DNA of 64,000 nucleotides from Octopus bimaculoides (lineage: Eukaryota). Location: assembly GCF_001194135.2 (NCBI RefSeq), contig NC_068988.1:38869278-38933277 (forward strand), written 5' to 3'. This document shows positions 63,721-64,000 of this stretch, one piece after another. The position numbers and the translations under genes were made by a program. The notes under the pieces were generated by a model, which saw nothing but the letters and a program-made list of their open reading frames with translations, was not told the DNA's origin and ran no database searches. Numbering within the stretch: position 1 is the stretch's first letter; each line of letters begins with the position of its first letter.

Positions 63721-63951
63721 GGCTAGTAGTATGACAAATCAAGATAGACCCTCTGCAACACACATACGAAAAAAAAAAAAAACCCCCACTGAAATACATG
63801 AATGTGGAGACTGAGCATTGATACAACTGCTTTGGACTGAGACCAGTAGCGAAGAACAATCTAGTTTTAATACTACAACCCTTAATTTGCATATAAAGGT
63901 CATCAGTTACTATTAGCAGATGGCCTATGAGGATGTATATATATGTACATG

Positions 63952-64000
<49 letters not shown>

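Noticed and set aside
63885-63892. Octamer motif ATTTGCAT as an snRNA/histone promoter element
   Set aside because: Single 8-mer with no associated gene.

Overview
AT-rich, repeat-dense eukaryotic DNA with eight N gaps. The repeat landscape (tRNA-derived SINEs, RTE LINE pieces with (GAT)n tails, abundant CA/TA/CT microsatellites) looks like a coleoid cephalopod, probably Octopus; this is an inference. No complete host protein-coding gene is recognisable, and most ORF-track entries are microsatellite, low-complexity or N-run artefacts. Best-supported features: two RTE-clade LINE fragments (one with a Cys/His PHD-like finger just upstream of the C-terminal RT motif), an L1/Tx1 ORF2 relic, many SINE copies, hAT MITEs with 8-bp TSDs, TTAA-flanked piggyBac-like MITEs and a 23-bp minisatellite. 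Several unique segments carry + strand splice signals, suggesting large introns or the 5' region of a gene with alternative first exons. Four candidates end in phase 1, and one 105-nt exon contains a single in-frame TGA; these gene-structure ideas are hypotheses only. Other oddities are a telomere-like palindrome, a spacerless head-to-head SINE palindrome, a decayed hammerhead-like motif and several unassigned coding-like relics. SINE and MITE boundaries are approximate unless TIRs or TSDs are quoted.
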